A stretch of 64,000 nucleotides of DNA from Polyangiales bacterium (GCA_041389825.1 JAWKRC010000007.1:61093-125092), one strand, 5' to 3'. Numbered from the stretch's first letter, positions 46,439 through 56,526 are shown. Made by a program: numbers and translations. Notes: a model not told the origin generated them from the sequence alone.

Positions 46439-47390
46439 TCTCGCGGGCGAAGACGCGGAGCGCGGCGGCGGTGGCCCTCTCGCTCCTCCTCGCGGGCGGC
46501 GCGGCCGGCGCGCAGTCCGCGCGGGAGACCTACGCCCGCGGTCTGGAGTCGTTCCGCAGCCAGCGCTACGCCGAGGCCCTCCTCGCGTTCGAGTCGTCGT
46601 ACCGCGCCGAGCCTCGCCCCGAGGTGCTCTACAACATCGGCCTCGTGCAGCGCGCGCTGGGCCGCTACCTCGACGCGATCGACTCGTGGGAGCGCTTCCT
46701 CGCGGGCGACACGTCGAGCGTCGGCGCGGCGGTCACGCAGCAAGCGCGCGACGGCGTGACGGCGATGCGGTCGATGGTGGCGACGGTGACGCTCCGCGCG
46801 CAGCCCGAGTGCGAGGAGGTGCTCGTCGACGGCCGCCCCGCGCGGGTCGAGTCGAGCGCGATCCGCGTCGACCCAGGTCAGCGTGTGCTGGAGTGCCGCG
46901 CCGCGGGCCACGCGCCCTCTCGGCAGGACCTCCGCCTCGGACTGGGTGAGCGCCGCGAGGTCGTCCTCGCCCTGCGCCCGCTCACCGCCGCGTTGACCAC
47001 CGACCCGCGGAGGGTCGCCGACCCGCAGGGAGTGCCGCCGACCCGCGCTCCCGCGAGGGCGGGTCTGCCGTGGTGGACGTGGGGCGGCGTGGGCCTGACC
47101 GTCCTCGCGACGGGCGCCGCCGTCGGCCTCGGCCTCGCGGCGCAGTCGTCGGAGTCGACTACCTCTCGCGCTGCGTCGACCAACGCCCGCCCGAGGCGGG
47201 GTGCGCCGCGCTCCAGGGAGAGCGCCAGTCCGAGCTCGACGGCATGGCGCTCGGCGTGAATCTCTTGTGGGGCGCGGCGGCGGTCGGCGCCGCCATCGCG
47301 ATCACGGGCGTGGTGGTGGGCGTCACGCGTCGCCCCGCGTCGCGGGTCGCGATCTCACCCGGCGGGCGCGGGCTGGAGGTCCGGTGGTGA
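46435..47390 (+). CDS. Exported TPR-like / PEGA-domain protein with a C-terminal TM segment. The frame breaks near 47140.
   Basis: GTG overlapping the previous stop. A signal peptide is present. [20 protein letters not shown] (TPR-like). A PEGA-like beta segment is present. A TM helix is present. The C-terminus ...[13 protein letters not shown] continues in a neighbouring frame. Confidence 0.5.
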
Positions 47391-48919
47391 AGCGGTGGCC
47401 GCTCGCGGTCTCCCTCTGCGCGGGCTGCGCGTTCACGCTCCCTCCGCCGTCGTCGCGCGACCTCGACGCCAGCGCTGACGGCGCGGTCTCCCTCGACGTG
47501 GGCGGGCGCGACGTCGTGCCTCTCGACGCGGGCAGCGACCTCGGCCCGATGGACGCGGGCACGGACACGGGCGCGACCGACGCGGCGGCCGACGACGCGA
47601 TCGCGGACGCGGGCGTCGCGGATGTCTCTGCGATCGACGTCGACCGAGAGGAAGCGAGCGCTCCCGACGTCTCACCGAGCGACTCCGGGCCGAGCGACGT
47701 CGGCGAGGTCGACGCGGGCCCCACGGACGTCAGCGAGGTCGACGCGGGGACGTTGGACGTCGGTGAGGTCGACGCTGGTCCCGCCGACGCGGGTCCTGCC
47801 GACAGCGGGCCGACGCCCATCACGGTCGTCGATGTCGACGCGGGCGACGACTTCACCTGCGCGGTCCTCTCGAACGGAGGTCTCTACTGCTGGGGTCACA
47901 ACAACGAGCGTCAGCTCGGCGTCGGCGACGCGACCGACCGTTCGCGCCCCACGCTCGTCACGTCGAGCGAGGCCTTCGTGCGCGTGAGCGCGGGCGGCCA
48001 GCACGGGTGCGCGATCACCGCCAGCGGCGCCCTCTGGTGCTGGGGTCGCAACAACCGCGGTCAGGTCGGCGACGGCACGTTGATGACCCGCGCGACGCCG
48101 GTGCGAGTGTTCACGTCGGGCGTCACCAGCGTCTCCGCGGGCGGGGAGCACACCTGCGCGGTGATGGACGCTCACGTCTACTGCTGGGGCAAGGGCGACT
48201 CCGGCCAGGTCGGGGACGGCCTCGTCACCGACCAGACCTCTCCCACGCTCGTGAGCGCGTTCACCGCGCTCGACGTCTCCGCGGGCGAGGCGCACTCCTG
48301 CGCGCGGGTGACCGGCGTGACGGGGTGCACGGGCTCCCCGGCGTCGCTCCTCTGCTGGGGGAAGAACGACCGCTCGCAGGTCGGCGCCGGGACGCTCGCC
48401 ACGTACAACTCGCCCACCCCCATCGCGCCCGCGGGCACCTACTGCCACAGCGTTCGGAGCGTGAGCGCGAACCGCAACAACACCTGCGCGGCCTGGAACG
48501 ACACGCTCTACTGCTGGGGCGAGAACGGCGACGGACAGCTCGGGATCGGCAACACCACCGAGTCGCTCCCCACGGCGGTGAGCTTCGGCGCCGGAGCGAG
48601 CGTGAGCCAGCCCACCCCGTCGGTCGGCGGGATGTTCGCCTTCGCCATGGTCACCGAGGCCGGGATCGTCCGCGCCTGGAGCTGGGGAAAGAACATGGAA
48701 GGTCAGCTCGCCATCGGCGCCACCGGCGCGGACCAGCCCTCTCCCGGCCGCGCGACAGGCCTCGCCTCGCTCAACGTCGTGCAGCTCTCGGCCGGCGCGA
48801 ACCACGCGTGCGCCCGCGACGCGACCGGTTCGCTCTACTGCTGGGGCGCTGGCGGCAGCGGCCGGCTCGGCACCGGGTCCGCGACGAACAGCGCCGTCCC
48901 CACGCGCGTGTCGTTCTGA
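47384..48919 (+). CDS. RCC1-repeat (beta-propeller) lipoprotein with an acidic DVxEVDAGP N-terminal repeat region.
   Basis: LCAGC lipobox. Repeated YCWG.N..GQLG / LWCWGRNNRGQVG blades. Confidence 0.8.
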   Translation: MVKRWPLAVSLCAGCAFTLPPPSSRDLDASADGAVSLDVGGRDVVPLDAGSDLGPMDAGTDTGATDAAADDAIADAGVADVSAIDVDREEASAPDVSPSDSGPSDVGEVDAGPTDVSEVDAGTLDVGEVDAGPADAGPADSGPTPITVVDVDAGDDFTCAVLSNGGLYCWGHNNERQLGVGDATDRSRPTLVTSSEAFVRVSAGGQHGCAITASGALWCWGRNNRGQVGDGTLMTRATPVRVFTSGVTSVSAGGEHTCAVMDAHVYCWGKGDSGQVGDGLVTDQTSPTLVSAFTALDVSAGEAHSCARVTGVTGCTGSPASLLCWGKNDRSQVGAGTLATYNSPTPIAPAGTYCHSVRSVSANRNNTCAAWNDTLYCWGENGDGQLGIGNTTESLPTAVSFGAGASVSQPTPSVGGMFAFAMVTEAGIVRAWSWGKNMEGQLAIGATGADQPSPGRATGLASLNVVQLSAGANHACARDATGSLYCWGAGGSGRLGTGSATNSAVPTRVSF

Positions 48920-48944
48920 GGCGACTCGGGCTTACCATCGCCGC

Positions 48945-50525
48945 GTGCAAGACCTCCGCGCGCGCCTCGAGGCCCTGGTCGACCGGCTCGGTCTCCGCCC
49001 CCCCGCCGACCCCGAGGTCGACGCCGAGGTCGCGGCCTGCGTCGCGAACCCCGGCCTCGACGACGCCCTTCGCGACGAGACCGACATCGCGTACGTCACC
49101 GTCGACAACGACGGCTCGCGCGACCTCGACCAGGCCCTGCACGTCGCCCGCGACGGCGACGCCTTCGTGCTCCGCTACGCCCTCGCCGACGCGAGCCACT
49201 TCGTGCGCCCCGGCACGGCCCTGTGGCGCCGCGCCCTCGCGATGGGGTCGAGCTACTACCTCCCGGGCTACGCGATCCCGATGCTCCCGCCCGCGCTCAG
49301 CGAGGGCATCGTCTCGCTCAACCCCGACGGCCCGCGCCGCGCGGTGGTGTTCAAGCTCCGCGTCGAGGCCGACGGTCGCTGCGTCGCGCGAGAGGTGTAC
49401 CGCGCGAAGGTCGCGAGCCGCGCGAAGCTCTCGTACACGGGCGTGCAGCGGTGGTTCGACGCGGGCTGCGAGGGCGACCCGCGCTGCGACGCGCCCGCGG
49501 TGAAGTCGTCGCTCCTCGCGCTGCGCGGCCTCGGGCTCGCGCGGATGAACGAGGCCGAGGCCCGCGGGGTGATGTCGCTGCAGCGCTACGAGGCCGAGGT
49601 CGACCTCGACCCCGACGACCCGAAGCGGCTCCTCGCGGTGACGCGCGACCGCAACGACGTCGAGCGCTGGAACGAGCAGGTCTCGCTCCTGTGCAACATC
49701 GAGGGCGCGGCGCTCCTGCACGCGATGGGGGTCGACGACGACGAGGTGCAGCCCGTGTTCCGCGTGCACCTTCCGCCCATCGACGACCGGCTCGGAGAGC
49801 TGGAGGCCATCCTCGGCGCGCTCGCCGAGCGGCGCGCCCTCGGCGCGGGCTGGAGCTGGCGCGCGGCCCACGACGACCTCGCCGCGTGGGTGTCGTCGCT
49901 CTCGACGAAGGGCGCGCCGCAGCGGCTCACGCAGGCCGTGCAGCGGCAGGTGCGGTACACGTACCGGGCGTCGGAGTTCCAGGCGAGGAGCGGGCCGCAC
50001 CACGCGCTCGGCGTCGACGGCTACGCGCGGATGTCGGCCCCGATGCGCGAGGTGGTCGGGGTCTTCTCGCACAAGGAGCTCCTCGAGGGCCTCGGGCTCG
50101 TGCCCCCGCAGCCCCGCGACGAGGACCTCGCGGCCCGCGAGGCGGTGATCGCGTCGGCCAACGAGGCGCGGCGACGTCAGGCCGAGGTCGACAAGGCCGT
50201 CGACCTCATGGTGCTCGACCAGCTCCTCGGAGACGACCTCGCGCGCGACCCCGACGCGCGGCCGTGGCGCGTGGGCACGGTGGTGGGCGTGCGGGCCACG
50301 CGGGTCTACGTCGCCCTCGACGGCTGCGCGGTCGACCTCAAGGTCTACGTCGAAGACATCGAGGCGCTCTACGGCGCGCGCTACCGCGACGACCGACGCG
50401 CGGCGCTGGTGCCCGACGCGCCCGGCGCGCCCGCCTTCGTGATGGGCGACGCCGTCGAGGCGAGGGTCGTGGCGTGGGACGAGCGCCGCGCGCGCTTCGT
50501 GATGGCGCTCCGCCCCGCTGCGTAG
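48945..50525 (+). CDS. RNase II / RNB-family 3'-5' exoribonuclease-like protein.
   Basis: TVDNDGSRDLDQALHV catalytic Asp cluster. 526 aa. Confidence 0.75.
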   Translation: MQDLRARLEALVDRLGLRPPADPEVDAEVAACVANPGLDDALRDETDIAYVTVDNDGSRDLDQALHVARDGDAFVLRYALADASHFVRPGTALWRRALAMGSSYYLPGYAIPMLPPALSEGIVSLNPDGPRRAVVFKLRVEADGRCVAREVYRAKVASRAKLSYTGVQRWFDAGCEGDPRCDAPAVKSSLLALRGLGLARMNEAEARGVMSLQRYEAEVDLDPDDPKRLLAVTRDRNDVERWNEQVSLLCNIEGAALLHAMGVDDDEVQPVFRVHLPPIDDRLGELEAILGALAERRALGAGWSWRAAHDDLAAWVSSLSTKGAPQRLTQAVQRQVRYTYRASEFQARSGPHHALGVDGYARMSAPMREVVGVFSHKELLEGLGLVPPQPRDEDLAAREAVIASANEARRRQAEVDKAVDLMVLDQLLGDDLARDPDARPWRVGTVVGVRATRVYVALDGCAVDLKVYVEDIEALYGARYRDDRRAALVPDAPGAPAFVMGDAVEARVVAWDERRARFVMALRPAA

Positions 50526-50686
50526 GCGGCTACGCACCGACCCCCGCCCGCGTGCGAAGCGCGCCTCGCACCCGCCCGCCGCGCGCGCTGCATTTCCCAG
50601 CCGTCACGCGGTGGACACGCGTGGCACGGCGCGCGCACAGTCGGTCGCCCCGACGGGTTCGCGCCCGTCAGAAGGCGGTGACCTCG

Positions 50687-50902
50687 ATGCCTCTCGATGA
50701 CGGCACAGAACAGCGGAGCCCGGCGGCCACGCGCAGCGCGGTGCAGGTGCTCGCGCGCAACCTCGTGCGAGAGATGAAGCGCGCGGGCTGGTCGAAGGCT
50801 GAGATGCTCTCGCTCGCGAGCGAGATCCTCGCCGAGGTCACCCGAGAGCTCCGCGCCGCGCCCCCCCGCGCGTCGAACCCCCCGCCGCCCCCCTCGCTCT
50901 GA
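50687..50902 (+). CDS. Small hypothetical protein (71 aa) upstream of gap.
   Basis: An ATG start is present. The composition is coding-like (VQVLARNLVREMKRAGWSKAEMLSLASEILAEV) with a Pro-rich tail. No known domain. Confidence 0.35.
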   Translation: MPLDDGTEQRSPAATRSAVQVLARNLVREMKRAGWSKAEMLSLASEILAEVTRELRAAPPRASNPPPPPSL

Positions 50903-50929
50903 CAGCCCTCCGCGCCCTCGCGGCGCGCC

Positions 50930-51017
50930 TTGCCATCGCAGACCACTCGCACTAGCGTCGCCGCCCCGACGCGCCGGGCGCACCTTCGCGCGAGGCGCAG
51001 GCAGCAGGAGGAGACGG
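50930..51017 (+). promoter_or_regulatory. Candidate sigma70-type promoter and Shine-Dalgarno for the gap-pgk-tpiA-secG operon.
   Basis: TTGCCA, then 17 nt, then TAGCGT at about 50930-50958. AGGAGGAG lies 6-7 nt before the ATG at 51018. Confidence 0.4.
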
Positions 51018-52034
51018 ATGGCTCGCAAGATCGCGATCAACGGGTTCGGCCGCATCGGGCGCTGCGTTCTGCGCGCGCTGAAGCAAAGGGGCGACGGCGC
51101 CCTCGACGTGGTGGCGATCAACGACCTCACCGACGCGAAGACCCTCGCGCACCTGTTCAAGCACGACTCGGTGCACGGGCGCTTCGACGGCGAGGTGAAG
51201 GTCACCGACAAGGGCATCTCGGTCGCGGGCGACGACATCGCGATCCTCGCCGAGAAGGACCCGGCGAAGCTCCCGTGGAAGGACCTCGGCGTCGACGTGG
51301 TGCTCGAGTGCACCGGGCGCTTCACCGACGCGGCGGGCTGCGGCAAGCACCTCGAGGCGGGCGCGAAGCGGGTGCTCCTCTCGGCGCCCGCGAAGGGCGA
51401 CGGCGACATGTTCACGCTGGTCTACGGCGTGAACCACGAGCAGTGCGGCCCCGAGCACAAGATCGTCTCGAACGCGTCGTGCACGACCAACTGCCTCGCG
51501 CCGATGGCGAAGGTGCTCCACGAGAGCTTCGGGATCGTGAAGGGGCAGATGACCACGATCCACAGCTACACCAACGACCAGGTCATCCTCGACCTGCCCC
51601 ACAAGGACCTGCGGCGCGCGCGCGCCGCGGCGCTGTCGATGATCCCGACGACCACGGGCGCGGCGAAGGCCGTGGGCCTCGTGCTCCCGGAGCTCAAGGG
51701 CAAGCTCGACGGCTTCTCGGTGCGCGTGCCGACCCCCGACGTGTCGCTCGTGGTGCTCGCCGCGAACGAGGGCCGCAAGACCACGAAGGACGAGGTCAAC
51801 AACGCCCTGCGCGCCGCCGCCGAGGGCCCGCTCAAGGGCGTGCTCGCCGTCTCTGACGAGCCCCTCGTCTCGAACGACTACATCGGCAACCCCGCGAGCA
51901 GCACCATCGACCTCAAGCTCACCCAGGTCATCGACGGAGACTTCATCTCGGTGAGCTCCTGGTACGACAACGAGTGGGGCTTCTCCGAGCGCATGGTCGA
52001 CGTGATGGCCTTCCTCGCGTCGCAGGGGGGTTGA
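51018..52034 (+). CDS. gap: Glyceraldehyde-3-phosphate dehydrogenase.
   Basis: INGFGRIGR at the N-terminus and the SCTTNCLAP active site are present. Confidence 0.97.
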   Translation: MARKIAINGFGRIGRCVLRALKQRGDGALDVVAINDLTDAKTLAHLFKHDSVHGRFDGEVKVTDKGISVAGDDIAILAEKDPAKLPWKDLGVDVVLECTGRFTDAAGCGKHLEAGAKRVLLSAPAKGDGDMFTLVYGVNHEQCGPEHKIVSNASCTTNCLAPMAKVLHESFGIVKGQMTTIHSYTNDQVILDLPHKDLRRARAAALSMIPTTTGAAKAVGLVLPELKGKLDGFSVRVPTPDVSLVVLAANEGRKTTKDEVNNALRAAAEGPLKGVLAVSDEPLVSNDYIGNPASSTIDLKLTQVIDGDFISVSSWYDNEWGFSERMVDVMAFLASQGG

Positions 52035-52036
52035 CC

Positions 52037-53233
52037 GTGGCGTCGCTGCTCGACGGCGTGTCGCGCCTCGACGACCTCGACGTCGCGTCGCGCCGGGTGT
52101 TCGTGCGCGTCGACTTCAACGTGCCGCTCACCGAGTCGGGCGCCGTGAGCGACGACACCCGCGTGCGCGAGGCGCTCCCGACGATCCGCTACCTCATCAA
52201 CAAGGGCGCGCGGGTCGTCCTCGCCTCGCACCTCGGCCGGCCGAAGAAGGGCCGCGACGCGAAGTTCTCCCTCGCCCCCGCGGGCGAGCGCCTCGCGGAG
52301 CTCCTCGGGATGGAGGTCGTCCTCACCGACGACTGCATCGGCGACGGCGCCCGCAAGGTGGTGCAAGACCTCCGCGACGGCCGCGTGGCCCTCTTGGAGA
52401 ACCTGCGCTTTCACCCCGGCGAAGAGGCCAACGACGACGCCTTCGCCAAGGAGCTCGCGCGCCTCTGCGACGTGTACGTCGACGACGCCTTCGGCGCGGT
52501 GCACCGCGCGCACGCCTCGGTCGACGCCCTGCCCCGGCTGATCCCCTCGCGCGGCGCGGGCCTGCTGCTCGTGAAGGAGCTCGAGGCCCTCGGCGCGCTG
52601 GTGGCCTCGCCCGCGAAGCCCTACCTCGCGGTGCTCGGCGGCGCGAAGGTGAGCGACAAGATCGCGGTGATCGACGCGCTCCTCCAGCGGGTCGACGCGC
52701 TGCTCGTGGGCGGCGCGATGGCCAACACCTTCCTCGCGGCCATCGGGAAGAACATGGGCCGCTCGAAGGTCGAAGACGACAAGCTGCCCATGGCGAGAGA
52801 CATCCTCGACCGCGCGCGCTCCCGTCGGGTGGAGATCGTGCTCCCCACCGACGTGGTGGTCGCCGACGCCCTCGACGCGCCCGAGGGCGCGGTGGTGGCC
52901 ACCGACCAGGTGGGCCCGTCGCAGATGGCGCTCGACATCGGCCCGGCCACCGTCGCGGCCTTCCGCGAGAAGCTCCTGCGCGCGCGCACCGTCTTCTGGA
53001 ACGGCCCCATGGGCCTCTTCGAGAAGAAGCCCTTCAGCGCGGGCTCCGTGGGCGTGGCCAAGGCCATCGCCGAGTCGGCGTCGTTCTCCGTGGTCGGCGG
53101 CGGAGACTCCGTCGCCGCGGTGCACCAGGCCGGCCTCGCCGAGCGCTTCACGCACGTCTCGACGGGCGGCGGCGCGAGCCTCGAGCTCATCGAGGGCAAG
53201 AAGCTCCCCGGCGTCGAGGCGCTGAAGTCATGA
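52037..53233 (+). CDS. pgk: Phosphoglycerate kinase.
   Basis: RVDFNVP is present. The GTG start at about 52037 follows the gap stop. The glycine-rich hinge and C-terminal GGGAS are present. Confidence 0.95.
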   Translation: MASLLDGVSRLDDLDVASRRVFVRVDFNVPLTESGAVSDDTRVREALPTIRYLINKGARVVLASHLGRPKKGRDAKFSLAPAGERLAELLGMEVVLTDDCIGDGARKVVQDLRDGRVALLENLRFHPGEEANDDAFAKELARLCDVYVDDAFGAVHRAHASVDALPRLIPSRGAGLLLVKELEALGALVASPAKPYLAVLGGAKVSDKIAVIDALLQRVDALLVGGAMANTFLAAIGKNMGRSKVEDDKLPMARDILDRARSRRVEIVLPTDVVVADALDAPEGAVVATDQVGPSQMALDIGPATVAAFREKLLRARTVFWNGPMGLFEKKPFSAGSVGVAKAIAESASFSVVGGGDSVAAVHQAGLAERFTHVSTGGGASLELIEGKKLPGVEALKS

Positions 53234-54003
53234 CGCACCCGTCGCGTCGCGCGCTCATCGCGGGCAACTGGAAGATGCACCGCACCGTCGCCGAGTCGGT
53301 GGAGCTCGCGCGCGCCGTCGCGTCGGTGCGCCCGGGGCCTCGCACCGACGTGGTGGTGGCGCCGGTCTTCACCGCCCTCTACGCCGTGGGTCAGGCCCTC
53401 ACCGGCACCGCCCTCGCCCTCGCCGCCCAGGACGTCTACTGGGAGCGACAGGGCGCCTTCACCGGAGAAATCTCGGCCGAGATGCTCGCCGACGTAGGCT
53501 GCGCCTTCGGGCTCGTGGGTCACTCCGAGCGGCGTCACGTCTTCGGCGAGACCGACGCGCACGTGCACAAGAAGGCCGTGGCGCTGCGGCGCGCGGGCGT
53601 CACGCCCATCGCGTGCGTGGGCGAGACCCTCTCGGAGCGCGAGTCGGGCGTGACCTTCGAGGTGCTCCGCCGTCAGCTCGAAGGGCTCACCGAGGGCCTC
53701 GACGACGCGGCCGCGGTGGGCCTCCTCGACGGCTCGGTGATCGCGTACGAGCCCGTGTGGGCCATCGGAACGGGGCGCACCGCGAAGAGCGGCGACGCCC
53801 AGGCCGCCCACGCGTACCTGCGCGACCGGCTGCGATCCCGCTTCGGCGAGGTGGCGGAGCGCGTGCGGATCCTGTACGGGGGCAGCGTGAAGCCCGACAA
53901 CGCCGCCGAGCTCCTCGCGCAGCCCGACGTCGACGGCGTGCTGGTGGGCGGCGCCTCGCTCGACCCCAAGGGCTTCGGCCAGATCATCCAGGCCGCCGGC
54001 TGA
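53230..54003 (+). CDS. tpiA: Triosephosphate isomerase.
   Basis: AGNWKMH and VGHSERR are present. Its start overlaps the pgk stop (ATGA). Confidence 0.95.
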   Translation: MTHPSRRALIAGNWKMHRTVAESVELARAVASVRPGPRTDVVVAPVFTALYAVGQALTGTALALAAQDVYWERQGAFTGEISAEMLADVGCAFGLVGHSERRHVFGETDAHVHKKAVALRRAGVTPIACVGETLSERESGVTFEVLRRQLEGLTEGLDDAAAVGLLDGSVIAYEPVWAIGTGRTAKSGDAQAAHAYLRDRLRSRFGEVAERVRILYGGSVKPDNAAELLAQPDVDGVLVGGASLDPKGFGQIIQAAG

Positions 54004-54037
54004 GCGGCCCCCTCGTCCCGTACACCGTGAGCCTCCG

Positions 54038-54493
54038 ATGCAGACCTTCCTGACCATCATCCATGTGTTCGTGTGCTTCTTCCTCGTGGGCGTCGTGCTG
54101 CTCCAGTCGGGCCGCTCGGGCGGCATGGGGGTGCTCTCGGGGGCCGCGACGCAGACCGTCTTCGGAGGCCGCGGCGCCGGGGGCTTCCTCGCGAAGGCCA
54201 CCGCCGTCTGCGCGACGCTCTTCATGCTGACCAGCGCCTCGCTCGCGTACATCAGCACCTCGGGCCGCGACTCCCTCGCGCGCTCGTCGCGCCGCGCGAC
54301 CCCCGCGGCCACGACGACCACGCCCTCGTCGACGACGCCCTCGACCGCGCCCTCGACGCCGACGCCCGCCGCCCCCGCCGCGGCCCCCACGGCTCCCGCC
54401 GCGGGCGACGCCGCCGCTGCGCCGGCCGCCCCCGCTGCCCCCGCCGAGGGTCAGGCCCCCGCGCCGGCCGCCCCCGCGCCGGCCGCGCCCTGA
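54038..54493 (+). CDS. secG: Preprotein translocase subunit SecG with a Pro/Ala-rich tail.
   Basis: FLTIIHVFVCFFLVGVVLLQSG is the conserved SecG N-terminus. It follows tpiA, as is common. Confidence 0.9.
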   Translation: MQTFLTIIHVFVCFFLVGVVLLQSGRSGGMGVLSGAATQTVFGGRGAGGFLAKATAVCATLFMLTSASLAYISTSGRDSLARSSRRATPAATTTTPSSTTPSTAPSTPTPAAPAAAPTAPAAGDAAAAPAAPAAPAEGQAPAPAAPAPAAP

Positions 54494-54496
54494 CCG

Positions 54497-55805
54497 CGCG
54501 ACGCGCGCTCCTCCTCACGCTCCCCGCGCTCGCGCTCCTCGCGGGCGCCGCTCTCCTCCGCGCCCGAGGCTACGCCGGGCTCTCCAACGACGACGCCCGC
54601 GCTCTCATCGCGTGGACTTCTCTCGCCACCCCACCCTCGACCCGACGCGATCGAGCTGGCTCCCGCTCCACGCGATGCCCTCGGCGGCGCGCTGCGCGTG
54701 GCGCCCGACTCGTCCGTGGTGCCCGTGCTCCCTTCCCTCGCGGCGGGATCGCGACGCTCGCTCTGCCCGCGCGCGCGCGCACCACCGCGCTCGGCGCTCG
54801 CGGCGCTGGTCCCCCTCGCGCTGTGGCGCTGGACGCTCCTGCCCTCCGCGGCGCCCGGCGCTGCCTGAGATGCCCTGCGCCGCGCTGCTCGTCGGCCGCC
54901 GCGCTCTGCCTCGACGCTCCGACGGTGCGCGCCCGCGCGCTGCTCGGCGCGGGCTCACGCTCGCGTGCGGTTTCCGCTACGAGGCGTGGTTCGCCGCCGC
55001 CGGGACGCTCCTCGCGCTCCTCCGACGTCCTCGACGCGCGCTACTCGCCGCGCCGATCGCGTCGCTCGTGCCCGCGGCGTGGCTCGCGATCAACCGCGCC
55101 CGCTCTGGAGACGCGCTCGACTTCGTCCATCGCGTCGAGCGCTTTCGCCGCGCCGAGGGCCTCGCGCCCCTCGCGGAGCGCCTCGGCGCCTTCGCGGTCG
55201 AGCTCCTCCCGCTCGCGCCCTTGATCATCCTCGCCGCGAACAGCCGCGACGCCTGGAAGCGCCACGAGCGATCCCTCGCCGGCGCGTTGGCCGTACTCGC
55301 GGGCGTGGCCTTCGGTGAGCTCCGCGGCGGAGGCGCGTCGCACCACGCGGGCCGTTCGCTCCTCTTCGTGGGCGTGCTCCTCGCGCCGGTCGCGGTGGAG
55401 GGGGCCGCGCTCTTCGTCGCGCGCGGACATCGCGCCGTGGTCGTGGCGCTCGCGGCCGTGGCGCTCGCGGCGGGGCTCCCTCGCGCGGGAGACCTGATCG
55501 GCGTAGAGCCCTCGGCGGTGCGCGCCGGCGACGCCGTGCGCGCGGCGGTGAACCGACGCGAGGCGTGTCGCTGGACGGTGATCGGCGCGCGGGGAGATTT
55601 CCTCTGGGTGATGCTCCGCGCGGGCAGGCTCGACCGCGAGCTGCGCGTCTCGACCTTCGGCAGCGTCGCGTCCCGCGCGGCGCGGCGGCGGGCGCTCGTC
55701 GCGTCGTGCGTGGCCGCGGTGGAAGATCGCTGGGAGGACGAGGCGCGCGCCGCGGGGATGCGACGCGCGCTGTCAGACGGAGGCTGGTCGCTCTACGAGC
55801 GCTGA
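54497..55805 (+). CDS. Polytopic membrane protein (glycosyltransferase-like?). The frame is disrupted twice (about 54600 and about 54870) and no canonical start is found.
   Basis: Coding signal passes through three frames. The last about 300 aa (…LTLACGFRYEAWFAAAGTLL… to SLYER*) are clean and TM-rich. Confidence 0.4.
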
Positions 55806-55809
55806 GCGA

Positions 55810-56526
55810 TCACTCGGGCTCTTCGTTGCCGCCGCCCTGGGGCATCGCGGGCTGGCCCTGCGGCTCCTGCCCGGCGGGGCGACCGAAGACCTGCACGCCG
55901 AACTCGCCCTGGCCTGAGTACATCAGCGCCTCGAGGCGGTACTGCCCCGCGGTGGTCGGGCACAGCGGGTGCTGCAGGCCGATCACGGGGAAGTTATCCG
56001 TCGCGATGTCCTGATCGACCATGTTGCCCTGCGGGTCGTAGAGCTTGAGGTCGAGGTCGATCACCCCGGGGCCCCCGACGCCGATGATCTTGTAGCACTG
56101 GCCCGGCGTCATCGTGACGGCGTAGTTCTGCGACGCCCCCGTCGCGAGCGTGCCGCGCGTGAGCGGCAGCACCGGGGTCATCCCCGCCGCGAACTGCCCC
56201 TGCCGACGCGTCATCTCGTTGGGGATCATGTCGTTGCCGGGCATCGCGGGCTGCTGCGGCGCGTTCGGGTCCGCCGTGGGCATCTGCGGCTGCTGCGGCA
56301 TCTGCGGCTGCGCGACGGGCTGCTGCGGCATCTGCGGCTGCTGCGGCTGTTGCGGCTGCTGCGGGGCCTGGTTGTTCGCGTTGTTGTTGTTCGCGTTGTT
56401 GTTGTTGTTGTTGTTCGCGTTGTTCGAGCCGTTGTTGTCGTCGTCGCGACGTCGGCTGCGACACCCCGCGGAGGTCACCAGGCTCGCGACCACCAGGCTG
56501 TGCAGGATCCACTTGGCCATCGTCAT
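55810..56526 (-). CDS. Lipoprotein with a poly-Asn tract and PQQ/QQP low-complexity repeats, plus a C-terminal globular domain.
   Basis: LVTSAGC lipobox. NNGSNNANNNNNNNANNNNANNQAPQQPQQPQQPQMPQQP. Confidence 0.75.
   Translation of the reverse strand: MTMAKWILHSLVVASLVTSAGCRSRRRDDDNNGSNNANNNNNNNANNNNANNQAPQQPQQPQQPQMPQQPVAQPQMPQQPQMPTADPNAPQQPAMPGNDMIPNEMTRRQGQFAAGMTPVLPLTRGTLATGASQNYAVTMTPGQCYKIIGVGGPGVIDLDLKLYDPQGNMVDQDIATDNFPVIGLQHPLCPTTAGQYRLEALMYSGQGEFGVQVFGRPAGQEPQGQPAMPQGGGNEEPE
56270..56440 (-). repeat. Coding microsatellite, (GTT)n on the + strand (AAC on the coding strand), adjoining imperfect (CTGCGG)n hexamers.
   Basis: gttgttgttgttcgcgttgttgttgttgttgttgttcgcgttgtt, preceded by ctgcggcatctgcggctgctgcgg units. 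Confidence 0.8.
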
